Shown piece after piece: positions 34,991-48,250 of a stretch of 64,000 nt of DNA. Position 1 is the first letter of the stretch. Each line of letters begins with the position of its first letter. The DNA is from Raillietiella orientalis (taxonomy: Eukaryota): the NCBI GenBank assembly GCA_036172245.1, contig JAYWIR010000003.1, forward strand, positions 2,852,001-2,916,000, given 5' to 3'. The notes beneath the pieces are model-generated. The model made no database searches. It was not told the origin of the DNA and worked only from the letters and a program-made list of their open reading frames with translations. The translations under genes and the position numbers were made by a program.

Positions 34991-37299
34991 TGGCGTGCCC
35001 TGAGGAAGGGATTTTTGCGTTATAAATGCTCAGAGCTTGCAGCTGTGCACTTGTTTTATTTGCATTTGGGTTGAAAATGAGCGAAGAACTGACTGTCATC
35101 AGGAGGCTGTTGCCTACCACTTGAAACTTTTGTGTGCACCTTCGAGATTCTCATTCTGCTCACCTTCGAGGTGAGCAAACCGAGAATCTGTGCGCAGAGA
35201 ACTGGAGCGCTCGGGGGGGCTCGTTTTCGGACCACCAGGGGAGCTGCTGCCGTTGCACGCTCTCCTAGGGGTTTTGGGGAATCTTCTTCCGTTCCTTATC
35301 CACGGGTGAGATTTGAACCCTTAGGCGAATGGGGCGCTCTTCGCCCGTTTCATCAGGGACCGAAGTCCCTGATGAACGGGCGAAGAGCCACGTGAGTTCT
35401 TGAGATCCCGAAAGATGCCACGTGAGTTCTTGAGAAGAACAGCGTGCAGCAGAATCCGCGAGGACAAAACATAGGCACGGTGCTGCTCGTCTGACATCTT
35501 GCTCACTTGACAGGAAGGTTTTATTTTTCGAATGGAAAGAAGGAAGTGATTATTCATTGCCTGCAATATCATCTGGGCTGGGGGGGACGAAGGTGTGGAT
35601 GTGGATCCAATAGCGAACAACGCGTGCTCTCTGCCTTTGGTGCTGATTGCTCGCTGATGGTTTTACTAGAAACTGTGCTGTTTGCGTTTGGTTGATGGAC
35701 ACGACAAAGGACACGAAGCCGGAGATGTTCCATGATCTCTATGTAATTTGCAAAATGTATTTCGGGTGAATGACAGAAGGGAACCTTGAGTGAATACTGG
35801 AAGATTTGCCCCAGCTGCTCGTCTCTCAGTAGAAGAATCCATTGGAGGGCATTTTCTGAAGAAAGACAGCCTTGAAGAGATAGCACCAGTCTTGCAGGAG
35901 ACTTCCGGATGCCTTAACGGTATTCATCTTGTTTCACTAAACTCGGAACTAAATCTTCAGTAAACCTTCACCCATAGTAAATGCAGGCTCTGTTTCGACG
36001 ACCTGTTTGCATCGCCAGCAAGATTTCACCAGAGCTTATAGTTACAGTCAAACACGCGCTTCTTTGTTCTCATTTGCTTGAAAGTTTGATGTTTTCGGAT
36101 GCCGAGATGAGTTTAGCATAAGTCAGTGTCAGTACCCTGGAATTTCTGCACACAAATGTGTGTTTACCCAAACATGAATGTATAGGTTGTCACGTGCTTT
36201 AGTTCTGATTAAAAATTATCGGCTTGCGGATTTCAGCAGTCCCTTTAATCATGAGAGAAGAGGCGTTAGAAGAGGACCGATGTGCCCGGCTCCAACTAAG
36301 AACTAAACTTTGTCTCGTGAATGCAAGAGGCATGCAAAAACCATGAGAAACCACGACGTGTGTCACGGCTGCGGTGCGGCTGCACACACCTTCCGGCAAA
36401 AAAAATGGCGACTCAGTTGAGTTCAAAAAACGCGGATGGGTCTCACCATCTGGAGTACTGTTTCATGTAGTGGGAGATCCGAGACACACGTCAAATCGAC
36501 AGCTCCCCTCCCATTCTACCCTTCCTTTGCTTGAATTTACCCTTCTCCTACTTCCTTTTTTTTTTTTTTTTTCTACTTCTCTCCCCTCTGTTTTTCCTCC
36601 TCCTCCTCTTCTTCCGCCCACGCTTAAGTTTCCTCCCTCGGCAAACATGAGCATCACTGACGTCCTCATGATCCGCCAGCTTCCTTCTGTCGCTTCCTGC
36701 TCTCTATGAGCATGTTCCTAATTCCAAATCAAAGTGAGCTGAGAAAAATGAGCGACACTGCAGCCTTCTCATCTGCCACTGGCTTCCATAAACTGAGAAT
36801 CGAGTGTACCGCAGCACAGTGAACGGGAGGAGCTCAGCCTGAAGGCGAATTCCAGATGACTCTCTTGTGAGTTCATGGAAAGTCGGCTTTCTTGATTCCA
36901 GCAAGAGTATCTTCGAGTGCAGTTTGTCACAGGATATCCATTCCCATTTCCGGGTGCTCGTTGTTGGTTCTCTCGATTCACTTATCCCTGGATTGCAAAG
37001 TTTGCCGTTTCCTCTTGGGCCTGTTTTTTATACTGCTTTTTTTTCTTGCTCTTAGTATTCAAATAAGAAAGAATTTTATCTTTTCTTTCTTCCTTTTTTC
37101 GTCACTTCACGGATACTGCGTTCTCTGATAACGCCGTCATTTTTAATGGGGTCTTGATCTACTGCTGTTTTGGATTTTTTCGCTCCAACCCCGTATTCCT
37201 CTGCTGACAGTTCGGCTGAGAAATTCTTCTGAACTGGTTCCGTTCCTCTTTCATATCTGAATCTACCAGATGTCCAGACGTTTGACACCTGGGATGCTG

Positions 37300-37800
37300 C
37301 ATCCGCAGCATCAAAATCGCATCTCAGCTGACACCCCTACACGCAGAACTTCATCCGCATTGCCTCTTTTTCATGTGCTTTCAAGTGGGATCCCTTATGA
37401 ATTCCTGTTGAAAGGCTCCCCACATTGCATAAATAGGTTTTCGCAGAGATGGAAGCCCTTATTGGAACTCTTAAACTTCTGCTACATAACAGTGATGACC
37501 CAAGATCGCCACTTTCCGAAAGGCTCACTGGAAATGGGAACATTCGTGGAGGAAACAGGTCGTATGAAGAAGCCATAGTGCGAGCATTCGCAAAATTTCC
37601 AGAAAAGGGAATGTTGGGTGGACGGTTTTTCTAAAATCGGCAGAGCAGGGGGATAAGGGAGGAAGAGGGGGACTTTCGGATAAATGACCTAAGATGGTGG
37701 TCCGGTACTCAGGAACGTTGAGCATTTTCGCTGATAAGGCAGCTGAGGCTCACGCGTGCGACTGACCGCATTCTCGGAAAGAAAACATTAGGGATTGGGA
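37300..37800 (+). mobile_element. Decayed RTE-like LINE fragment
   Basis: ISADT (FADD), LELLNFCYITVMTQD (LExVxxFxYLGSxIxxDG), AIVRAFAKF (KAxxAFxxL), VVRYSGT and RILG occur in order. Confidence 0.4.
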
Positions 37801-38424
37801 AATTCCCCGAAATGATCCGAGCATCCTATCCACTAGTTTGAGAGCAAAGTAGTCAGATACTCGAGCCATGTTCACGCCGCCGGGTTTTCGTGAATAAAGA
37901 ACTTCTGGGCACGAGAGAAGGGCATCTGCACGCGCATAATTGGGAAATCCATGAATATATATATGTGCATTATATTGGTACGACAGCTGGAAACGGAACA
38001 CGTCAATGACATCGGTCCTCGAGAGCATTTCATGTCGCTAAAGGCAAGGATCTCCACTTGTGCATCCCTGTGGCCTCCATTAACAATTTGTCTTTTAATA
38101 TTTCATTCTGGTCCCAAGCCAGAAAGCGATGTTTCCAGAGTGCTGCAGATGCCGTGGTTTTGCTTCTTTTTATTTTTAGGAAGCACAGAGTTCAATGCAG
38201 CTTGAGGCAGAGGAAATGCAATTTTCCCGCTCTCTGCTCTTGATCGCCGCCTTGATGAGAACGAGACCTTGCACTCTTGCAGAAACCAGGCTTGAAACCA
38301 GGCAACAAGGGATGATTGAGGCTACCTGTTATTGACAGCATCGGGGTCTTCATTTTGGATCTGTAATCCGGTTTTGCATAATCGCAAATACTAGACTCCC
38401 ATCTTCCACTTTATTCTATTGGAT

Positions 38425-38730
38425 GAGGAGGAAGAAATAGGGGTCTCATCGTAATCATAGGATGCTGCCGAGCAGAGATGCCAGGCAAGGATCGAAATCT
38501 TTCGGAACCAAAGCCTACTCGCTAGGAGAAAAGGAGACGAAGTGAATGGACAACGGCGGTCAATCTAGAAGTAAAAAAGAAATTTCCTTCTGTGAAAGAT
38601 CACTTTTACTTAGGTTCACTTTTTCTCCTTCTCTCTCCGCGGACAGACTCGAAAAGATTTCGATCTTTGCTTGGCATCCATGCTCGAGAGCATCCATTGA
38701 TTACGATGAGACCACTCCCTCTTCCTCCTC
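38425..38730. repeat. Degenerate inverted repeat (~300 bp) centred on the palindrome GAAATTTC (38579-38586)
   Basis: 38442-38502 versus the reverse complement of 38653-38713 matches at 53/61 positions without gaps; weaker pairing continues on both sides. Confidence 0.92.
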
Positions 38731-39150
38731 TTCTCATTCGGGAGCATCCTCGTTGAATCGTGCAGCATGTCGGTCGAAACTGAGAACGTCAAGGCATTGT
38801 GGCTGTGTGCTCCGAGTCGTTCCAGTGCCTCTGCAGGCTGGTTCCGTTCCCGGCAGAACCCGCAAGCGCCAGCTCTCTCGAAGTGATGAATGCGGCAAGG
38901 AGTGGGCATCGGGAAGAAACCACACACTTTTGGGGGAGGGAGGAGTCTTTCGCTCCATGGAACATCGCCACCGGTGGATCTTCAGGAAATCCGGATGTCT
39001 GAAGTTGCACCTACGTGCACTTCCGTTCGCAGTAGCAGCATAATTTGTTTTCCTTTGAGTCGTGGCAGGACTTCCTCGTCTTCCGTCTAGGATATTGAGT
39101 CCAAGAATCCCACCGTCCGCTTGGATGCTAGAAGGTTCCAGAGGGTTGTG
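38650..39150 (-). mobile_element. Decayed CR1/L2-like LINE RT fragment
   Basis: NFR-P (NYRPIS), VWFLPDAHS (QxGFxxGRS), VLSFDRH (FLDFSKAFD) and IVINGCSRAWMP (VVxNGxxSxWxxV). Confidence 0.45.
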
Positions 39151-39799
39151 GGCTGAAATCAGTACAGAGAAGAACACCACCTTCGAAGCGAGCCATAGGG
39201 AATGGGTTTTACTTCAGGGAACCACAGAGAGAGTGTTTCTGCATGGAGAGGGCTGCTTACAAGATTGCACGGTTTTCACCGATTCTTGTCATCTGATCCT
39301 CAATGCGAACTGACTTCCAACGTAGGGGTGATCCTGTAAAGACCCCGGAGGGTCGGCTTTCAATCCCGACCTGTTAACTGGGGCATCCGGTTTCCAGCTT
39401 CCACAGGTGCTGCGTCTGAATCCCGCAAGCCAACCAGCGTCATCCCGCGGGGGGAATCGAAACCCACGACGCACCCATTTCTCGGCTTCGATCCTTTATG
39501 GGCATTTGGACCCGCAAAGCTTGGTGCCACACGCGGAGACCTCGGCCTCGCGGCCGCCTACGCGGGCATTTGTCCACGCTCTTGGTGACCAGACTCCGAT
39601 CCAGACTTCTCAGGGAGTTACTCTTTCAGGAGTTTGCTATCCAAACTGTGGGTTCCGGAAACTTTTGAGATCTTTTCAGCCTCTGTTTGTGGGAGAACTT
39701 CTGAGCATCTTTGATGGAATCTCGCAGTGATTTTTTCTGTGCTCGAGCATCCGGATGTCGGACTGATGCTTTTGGGGGATTCCAGGATTTCCGCTGAGG

Positions 39800-40000
39800 A
39801 AGGAAATGGGAAAAGTTGTTGAAACTGTTTGCCGAAATTCCTTCGCATTTGCTTATGGAACGCAACCGAGCCTGCCCCGGCACTCACCGACTCCTTTCCT
39901 CCGAATTTCCGATATTCCTCGTCATCTTGAGATCCGTAACATGAGTAGACTGTGGCGCAAGATTCGAATTCTGAATAATTCCACATCGCAAGCGTCTGTC
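39800..40000 (-). mobile_element. Decayed RTE-like LINE 3' fragment
   Basis: FESCATVYSCYGSQ (FxSxVxxxLLYGSE) and VAFHKQMRRNFG (EAFHxxCLRRILG). Confidence 0.4.
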
Positions 40001-41051
40001 GGTTCGTTTGGTTGGTCGATTCGTTTCTTCCTGTCATTTCCCTTATCAAACCGTTTTTCGCTTTTGTTTGGCCGGGAAGGGCACCATTCGTTTGATCGAT
40101 ACATCCCTGTCAGCTGACCAATGGAACGAGGGATTTGGGAATGAGAAATCCATCCCAAGCATGTGCTCATTGCATCGCTCGTGGCAGAATCAGTAATGTT
40201 CCTTCTGAGTCATTGTCATGATTAGCCTGGTAATTCGTCATAGGCAGAGTGCTGCTCGATTCTTCCGATGGCACATCACGGGAATACACCTCTGCCTTTC
40301 CGGTGTGCTTCGCCTGTCTCTTGAGAACCTTCACTGCGCTTGGTGTTTTCCAGACCCCAAAATGCCAGAGGCCCACGGCGGTTTTGCCCTTGCGACCGCA
40401 ACCACTCCTCTGGAGGCTCAGCGAACACTCCATCGAATCTCCGTGCTCGGCTTCCCTTTCCGTGACACCGATGCTCAGACTCTTCGCGAGGGTAAGTGGT
40501 GTCCGAGGTGATTGCTTCTTCCTTCACCCTGGAGCACCTGCTCCCTCTCCGACCCTACGTCCATTTCCGTAAGAGTTCGAATGGAGGTCGCCAGTTTCCG
40601 ATGTTCCGCGTGAGCCACTCGATTCGTGCTAGAAATCGTCATGACTACTCACATCGTGGTAGGGTTGTTGACACACCTTCTGGGGACGTGAGTCGGAGAT
40701 TTTTGGGCACGGCGTTGACCGACCTTGCCAAAAGATCTTTCGTATTCTTCATCCTGACATAATCAGGAGCCCAAACCATTACTTCACCCATATTACCTCT
40801 TAGACAAATGGCATCAGCCATTAAGTCCCTTACCACGGACGGTCAAAGCCGCCTGAAGTCCTCGATACCTGCACAGACAGAATGTTGACTCGAACTCTAA
40901 TCTGCGAAGATGGTGGGAATCCTTTCGGGCTCTCTTTTTGCTGCTTCCCTTTCTGTTTTTTTTTTTGCGGGGGGGTGGGGGGTGGGTGGGAAGGGTATCC
41001 TCTTTTTGGTTCGCTAAATACTGAAGAACCGGTCGCCTTCTTAGTGGGAGA

Positions 41052-41302
41052 GGGGACTCATGAAGCACTTCAACCCTGCCCACACCACCCGAGGGTGCGT
41101 GTGACTCTTCGAATTAGGTGTCGACCCTGGAGGGGCCACCCTATGAATTCAGGAAGATCTCGGGAGGAAGGAGTCCGTTCCTCTTACACTTGGGAGGGAA
41201 CCCTCTCCCTGCTTGTCTCCGAAGGCACCTTGAAGGGAACCTGTTCTTCCTTGTTCTCTCCAGGTGGGTGGCTATTCCTCGTTTCTTCTCCGGAGGGAAC
41301 CC
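41052..41302 (+). repeat. Dispersed repeat, copy 1 (copy 2 at 51994-52251)
   Basis: ggggactcatgaagcacttcaaccctg...acccgagggtgcgtgtgactcttc...ctatgaattcagg...ccgttcctcttacacttggga...ggagggaaccc aligns collinearly with copy 2. Confidence 0.85.
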
Positions 41303-42599
41303 ACTCTTTGTTGCTCCTCTGGAGAAAACTTCGAACGGACGCTTTTAAATTTCCCTAAAGCCCAATTCTGTCCAATGCAAGACGTCGTGTTATTTAGAGC
41401 CAGGGGTTTCGGAGACTGGGAATTTCCGCGCTGCCTTGCGTTAAATCCTGCCTGGGATAGAGGTGGCTGTCTTGCTCAGAGGGGTACAGAACCTGGAACC
41501 ACATTATGCAGTATCCGCTTCCGTTCCTTTTACGCTGATATCAACACCAGCATCTTGAATTTCCTTTCCACTGCTTCAAAAGGGGTAGGAAAAATTTTCG
41601 GGAGTCGTTTAGACATGTGGACGATACTAAAGCAGATTGAACTGGGGGAAGCGCATTCGACGCTCCCGAAGACCGAAGATGGGAGCTGTGGCGCGTGTCC
41701 GGCTCTCATTTTAGTGGCGCCGCATAGTAAGCATGCATCGAACGAATGACCTTGCTTACCATGCGAAATGAGCCGATTTGCAGTGAATCCGATCATTACC
41801 TTCAGACGCTGACTTCGAAATTGCCCAGGGCACGCTTCAGTCCAGAAAAGCACGGCAATTCTGCGTTCGCAGTGCGTCCAGCCACTTTTTGTATACTAGG
41901 GGTGCCCTACTGTTATTCTACTGCCGCTTTCCACACGCTCAACCTTCTTCCTACGCTAACCTATGAACCTACAAGGGGCCTACAAGAAGCAGTGAGGGGT
42001 GGAATGTTCAAGAGGAATGGGAAGAGTCTCTGACTATCACACCCCCAGGGACTGTAAGAAACCTCGGCTGTCCATGTCCACTCCCGGAAAGGGTTCCTTG
42101 AGGGGAAATGTACGAGCTGATGCTCCTGTGTTTCCTAACTTTGCTCACCCTTGTGGTGCGAATCTCCAAATGATGTGCTATTTCCTCGTGATGGCGTAAA
42201 AGCAGCGGTCCATCTTCATGATTTCTGCCAGCTCAAGATTTTTGTTCAGCGCTTAGTATGGGAAACATTGCCAAACTGAAAATCATGATGTGAAGGGATG
42301 CATTATCATTGACGTCTGTCTCCGAAGTGTTCCAGTGCCTTCATGAATACAAGTGGAGGAAAATGAGAGCGTGTCTCTCTTTTGGGGGAGGGAGGGGGGG
42401 GCCTCTGGGTAAATGCCGGCACATTCTTTCGTTTCCTTTTTTTTTTTTTTGCAGATTATGGAAGAAACGCATCCCACTTCATGATATCTTCAAAAAGTTC
42501 CGCTCCCTACGTGGAGCAGTCTTGAGGTTCTAGAGTAATACGATGCATCTTCTCGTTGAGCTCAGGCTGAATTTGATTCTTAAACTAATGCGTAGTGGG

Positions 42600-43000
42600 C
42601 CAGGTGGGGGTGAAACTGTACCGGAAAAGAAATCTGAACTCTTGTCTATAGCAACAGAAAGCGGAAGCACGTTGTTGTCTTTTATCCACAATTGGAATCT
42701 AAAATTCCAATCAACTCTTCTAAAATTGAACGGTGGATCCCTAATTGTCTTGAAAATCCTTCTCAGTCTCCTTGGTTCATTCCTGGCATTCTTCAGAGGC
42801 GCTTTCATTGAAATCCTCTCTTTGATCTCAGCCACATGGATCGTGGATCTCCGGATGATGCAAAGTCGTTCTTTCTGAGTGTTTCTTTATTTGATTGGGA
42901 GGGCTCGTTCAAAACTGGCCAGTAAATAGACTGAATTTTCGAACTGTCTGTAAAGTAACCCCACGGCGGTCTCTGGCACTCTTCTTGCAGTGCGCATACG
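42600..43000 (-). mobile_element. Possible decayed LINE ORF2 linker (between endonuclease and RT)
   Basis: RPPWGYFTD (KPWxT), KNARNEPRRLRRIFK (xxNDPKKLWxxLK) and SSDFFS (FNxFFS). Confidence 0.3.
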
Positions 43001-44479
43001 AATGCTCTATCCGATCGGAGGTAAGCGTATTCACAATGATTCAGAAATCCACACATCCCTCAGATTTTCAACGTCTAGGAATCGCGATCACATCGATACT
43101 CGAGTATTATTCACCATGTGATCCTTAAAATTGATTTGCGACCTTTCTTTTTTCTCCTTTGCAACGTTTAAAAATGATGCATCTGCACCATTTCCTATGA
43201 AAAGGCCTTCTACGACTGCTCCATTGGGATGGCAACGTCAAAATTGTCCCGTAATGGGACAAGGACTTGCCATCACAGAGCAGGAGTTACCTCAACACCC
43301 TCTTAACGAGGACCAAACCACCGTGGCGCATCCGACCGGGGTTTTGTTTCTACCCTATTGGAGAAGCATCAGGTGATTCGTCTCGGTGCGAAATATTGAA
43401 AGGGACCTTGTGTGCCAGAGAATTTCGAATTGGAACGACTATGTCCTCTAACCTCACTTCCATTCCACTGGTACGAAAAATATATATATAAATAACGGGA
43501 ATATCTGCCGCTTTTAAAATGCCTTTCGTATTAGTTTGTTATTTTTTGTTATTTGCAACTTCTCGTGAATTCTCAGTCGAATAACGAATGACCTTTTCCT
43601 GGTATTCACGTAGGCCACAGGGAGGCAGAATCTTGTATGGGAGAGGGGCGCTCTTCCCCAGGAGGCAATTTGGAAACCCCCAAACTGGACCGCGCTTGGA
43701 GGTTTCCAAGTGCACTCCATCCTCTCCTGGAAAAGGCGTCAGAAAATCCAGACCTGCTTGAGAAAGTGCACTCGAATGGGAAGTTGTGGTCCCCTGCTAA
43801 ACGATTCACTGTTTCCATTTCGAAACGGGCCGTTGGCAACGGATCCAGCAGAGCAGGAGAACGCCTCAGTCACGAATCCGCACCTTTATCTCCATCGTTG
43901 TCGAAGCTGCATCTCGATTTCTTTGCTGAGGTCGCCCTCAGCTTCGAATTATACAACGAAATCGCTCGAAGAACCCCGCAAGGAATCCTTCGGACGTTCG
44001 ACCTTTTATTTTTCTGACTTTTGCGGCTAACATTTGACCAAAAGGACTGTAAAGTCACACTATTTCCTCTGAGTAGGAAAAGACCTGCGACATTCATATC
44101 GCAAACAGCAAGCTCGTATTTTACAAGATACTTCGCATCTTTTATTCTTACCACTGAAGTAGCGTCATTTTGCATTCAGAGTACTACTAAAGATGTTTCC
44201 GAATTGATGCCAGCCGTTAAAATTTTATCACCCACGTGGAATATGAATGCAGCAGATTTTGCTGACAAGGATACGTAGGAGTTACTCATTCAATTGGATC
44301 CTTGGTGTCTGGTCTCCGTATAGACTGCAGAGAATCGAATTTATTCATAACTCACGAATTTGGAGAGCGTAAAATTCACAGCATCCATACTGCAGGTGCT
44401 ACGCTCAACATTGGAAGAGATGATGTCATCCTATCCCGAGCGTGCTGGTAGAAGTAGATGGAGGAAAACAAAACGCAGG

Positions 44480-45250
44480 CAAGCTGGAGTCGAGACACAG
44501 CAATCTGAGCTTCAGGTTAGAGGACACTTTCTCTTGCTGCTACTTGCGCGATGTCTCAGAGGCGGACGGGAAGTGGGAGCTGACTGTTTCTGCTCCTCAA
44601 GTTGATGGCTACTGGCGGTCGCCAGCAACGCCCCTTTGGCGTTCCGGTCGCGCGGCTGGCTTTCCGGATCAGGTCCTCTCCAAGGAAATGAAGCAGGACA
44701 ACAAGCTATCGTAGCGAGACAGAAAAGACAAGGATGTGGTCGGATCGCCAGAGTGGAGCATGCAGGAGACCAACTCCTCGTGTAGACTTTTCGGAAAAGC
44801 TGGAACGTAATGGCGAGGGCGATGGTCACGGTCCAAGAAGCTGGAACGTCCGCAGGGAAAGGGAGGTTGACGGTGGGTGGGTTTTTCGCCGTTTGGGGAG
44901 TTTGGTTTGCCCTTGGCGTATCGAGAAAAAAGGAAGGGGAGACGACGGACCTTTGTAGGTTACGCCGGATCTGTTCTCGTTGGCAATCCGAAAACGTCAG
45001 GAGGGATGGAGGCAAGCCGCTTGGAGGCATATTGGCGGTCAATTGGGCTGGACAACGTCCGGTACTCTGAGTTCTTCCAGAGGGGAATTAGAGGTGCTCC
45101 ATACGTTTTTAAAGATTCTCCTGCAGACTCCGAAGGGAGTCTCCAGGAGGGAATGCGGGAGGGAACGTCGAGCACTCGAGAACCTGGTGACCGTTGCGAA
45201 GCACCAGCTTCCCGGAGAGCAGCTGATATTTCGCGCTGGATCAGTGCCAG
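44480..45250 (+). mobile_element. Decayed RTE-like LINE 3' fragment
   Basis: VGYAGS...MEASRLEAYWRSIGLDNVRYSEF resembles LLYGSE...EMxxLRxIxxxxxxDxVRNxE; upstream similarity is weak. Confidence 0.3.
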
Positions 45251-45949
45251 ACAGGGAAGCGGAAAAAGCAGAGGCCCCTTTTTCTGCGTTGAAGCTGCGC
45301 GAAAGAGCAGCCTAGCTACGTGACAGAAGATGAAGACTTCGGCAAGCATTTCCTCTCTGCTAAGGTCTCCTAGGATGCCACGCAGATCAGGTGCTCAGGA
45401 GAAACAGAGCACGGTAGAGAGCGGCGTAAATGAGGAGGCGATGCGCACGAAACGACGGACACATTTTCTTGTTTACGCAACGCCGACCCCAAAAGCAAAC
45501 AGAGAGGGGGGCGAGGAGAGGCGGACGGGGAGCAGAAGGAAGAAATTCCGGGGTTCCGAGGGAAGGAGAGAAGGGCAGTGGGCGCACCAGCACGGAATAC
45601 TTGGTCATGAAACGACGCTGCAGTAGCAAAATTCGAGCGGATGGATCAGACGCAGGAAAGCGTCGATCTTGCAGGCTGTCGTGAATGCATGCATCTCACT
45701 TCTTTTTTAGCAGTAGCTGCACCGATTCCATGCTCTCGTATCCCATTCGCGTGTATGTGTGTGTGTGTGTTTAAAAAAATCCTTGAGAGACATTTCAAGT
45801 CAAGCTCCCTCCCCCAATCCTTTCTGCGCGTGGATCGATACGCGTCTGTTTGGCAGTGGTCGTTCTTGCAAGAAGTGAACGCTTGGATGACGGCGGCAAC
45901 GGCCATGTCAACTGCGACTCGGCGCCACCAGCCGCTCCCCGGCTTCTCC

Positions 45950-46420
45950 TATCAGAAACGTTGGATCCTTCCACGGGGAGACCAAAAACTGTGTGTTCCT
46001 AATTATCGGGGCCTTCCATTTTATGGGAAGGGGACGAAAGACGCCCCTCATCCGCCGCTGGACGGAAGGCAAAGAATCTTTCTACAGAATGAGCTACACC
46101 AAAGCAGATCAGCACTCCTCCCTCTGCGACTCGTTAGGAGCAAATCCTTCTTCGTTTCCTTGGCTCTCTCGCTCAATCGGGGAGAGAGATTCCTCCTCGG
46201 AGAATGCACTTGGAGGAAACCCTCCTCGGAAATATTGCGCATCTCACATGTGTACCTTCTGGTCGCCCCACGCTTCCGTGATGTCTATCTGTGTTCCAAT
46301 CCCTCGCATGAGACGTTGCATGTTAATCCAATCGGTCGATTGCATGGAATTTTTACCCTGATTATAGAAGATGAGGTTCGCTGGCGTCTCGAAGGTTCGA
46401 CGCGTAGACTTTCATGGGGT
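45950..46420 (+). mobile_element. Decayed RTE-like LINE RT N-terminal fragment
   Basis: PRGDQKLCVPNYRGLPFYGKGTK (KKGDxxxCxNYRGISLLxxxGK), ELHQSRSAL (LxExQxGF) and HLEET (DLEKA). Confidence 0.55.
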
Positions 46421-47399
46421 GGTTGACGTTTCTTTCTAGAAGGCTCTTTTCTTCTGTCCTCATGGGTGATAAACAGGATTGAGCAAACACGTTCTTTCAC
46501 GGGCTTCAGGAATGCGCTCCACGCAAGTCCACGCGCCTACTACCCGAAGCCCGCTTGGCGTGTGACCTCCGGCCACCGAAGACGCGCTTGCAGAACGGAA
46601 ATCTATTCACTCCATTCCCAGCATCACCATGGCGGTACTAAACATTCTTGCTCAGAATTCCATGAGAGCTCCATGCCCGGTGCAGAAGATTGCTCATCCA
46701 AAAGCGATGAGAGATTTGCTCCCACAGAGTCCAGTTAATTGAAGAAGAAAAAAGACTCTTCTCTAAGAAATGGAAAAAAGGGAAATTAATTAATTGCGAT
46801 TCACGGAGTCGCCATCAAGTTAGGCGCTCCTAAATTTCCATGATCTATCGGGAGTGGAAAATTTCATCCTTTTTTCACAGATGAGCTCCATCAACATGGA
46901 TTCCAGGGATCAAAAAAAACACACACACACACACACACACACACATCCAGGAATCATTTCGCCGAAGCTTTTCTTCGGCTGCAAAACCGAAAGCAGCTCA
47001 TCTGCCGAGCCCGCAAGCTGCCCGCTTTGCTTCCGAGTGAAAGTACGAAGAAGGAAAAAAAAAAAAAACAAGCTGACATCTCCGAGAAATTCACCAAAGA
47101 TTTATCAAGTCGCACTCAAAATAGCGAGGAGGCTGCAAAAAACAGGAAAAACCTTGAAAATCCAACGACGCGTTTAAAGGAGTTTCCGAGCCAGCGAATA
47201 GAATAGAATTAGAACCCAGACCCGGGAACGCCTCTCAAAAAAAAAAAAAAAAACCAAGAAAAAAAAAAGAAAAACGAATCAAAAGAATCGTCTTCGCTTA
47301 TAACTTCAGCAGAGACATTTGAAAGCTGCCGCGCTGGAGCAGGGCGTTGGATCGGACCTCAATGGAGACGCATGCCCACGCGTCTTCTCAGTGAAGAAA

Positions 47400-48250
47400 C
47401 TACGCATGCTCGCTTCCCATGATGCATTTGGATGGTCACAGAGTGCTCGACCTTTCCATCTGTCGACGGACTCGGTGCTTCCCTAGCTGTGAGCGAATCG
47501 CCGTCGACGCAGCGAATAAAGAATTTTTCACACGGGAGCTCTTGCGGCAGCACTTCTGGGATTCCCTGCCCAAAGCTTTTCGTCTCATCCATACAAAGGG
47601 TGTTCTCTGCAATCATGCAAACGAATGATCAACATCAATTGAAATCGCACTCGGTCATTCTTTTTCTTTTATTTTCATCTCTACGATGCGATGATAACTA
47701 CGTGGCTTGCACTTGTTTTCTGTAAACAGTGGTTTGAACAGGCTGCAAGCGGAACAGCAGCCTTGGTCGGATGATGCCATTGATTCGACTTCCACATTTG
47801 TTCTTTTAACAACCCATTTAGCAATCTCCGCATGTTGCCCCCGTTCCGTGCTGAACACGAAAGCAAACACACCTCGTGGGTGTCCATTCCTGAACATTTC
47901 CATAGACTTCCATAGCGCAAAACTGCTCCAAGTCATCCTCCTTGCGCCTTTTTTCCCCTCCCAATGTCCACGGGCACAATGAAACTGAGCCCACGAACTG
48001 CTCGGCCACGGCCGCACCTCTTCGAGGGAGAAGCAGATCTGAAGACTCCGAAACAGCCTTTCGGGCTACTGCATTCAACCTGGCACTTTTTCTTTCCGAA
48101 AAATGGAACGGACATTTTCAGGAGGAGGTACCTAAAGATGGTGTTCTTCCACAACGACCGTCTTCCTGCCCTTTTTTCGTCAGATCCACGCCAAACAGGC
48201 ACTTTCCCCCAATGCAGGGTTCACCCTGAGCACAGAAGAAATCTCCAATG
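47400..48250 (-). mobile_element. Decayed RTE-like LINE RT
   Basis: GKVPVWR, GRRSLWKN, DDLEQF (DLEKAF), LWKSME, VEVES...DQGCCSACSLF (FEVxxGVRQGCVLSPLLF) and IAENTL (FADDT), all collinear. Confidence 0.55.

Noticed and set aside
35369..35413. Hammerhead core CTGATGA...GAAA on the plus strand
   Set aside because: No correct stem II junction or stem III/cleavage triplet, and CTGATGA is sequestered in the long hairpin.
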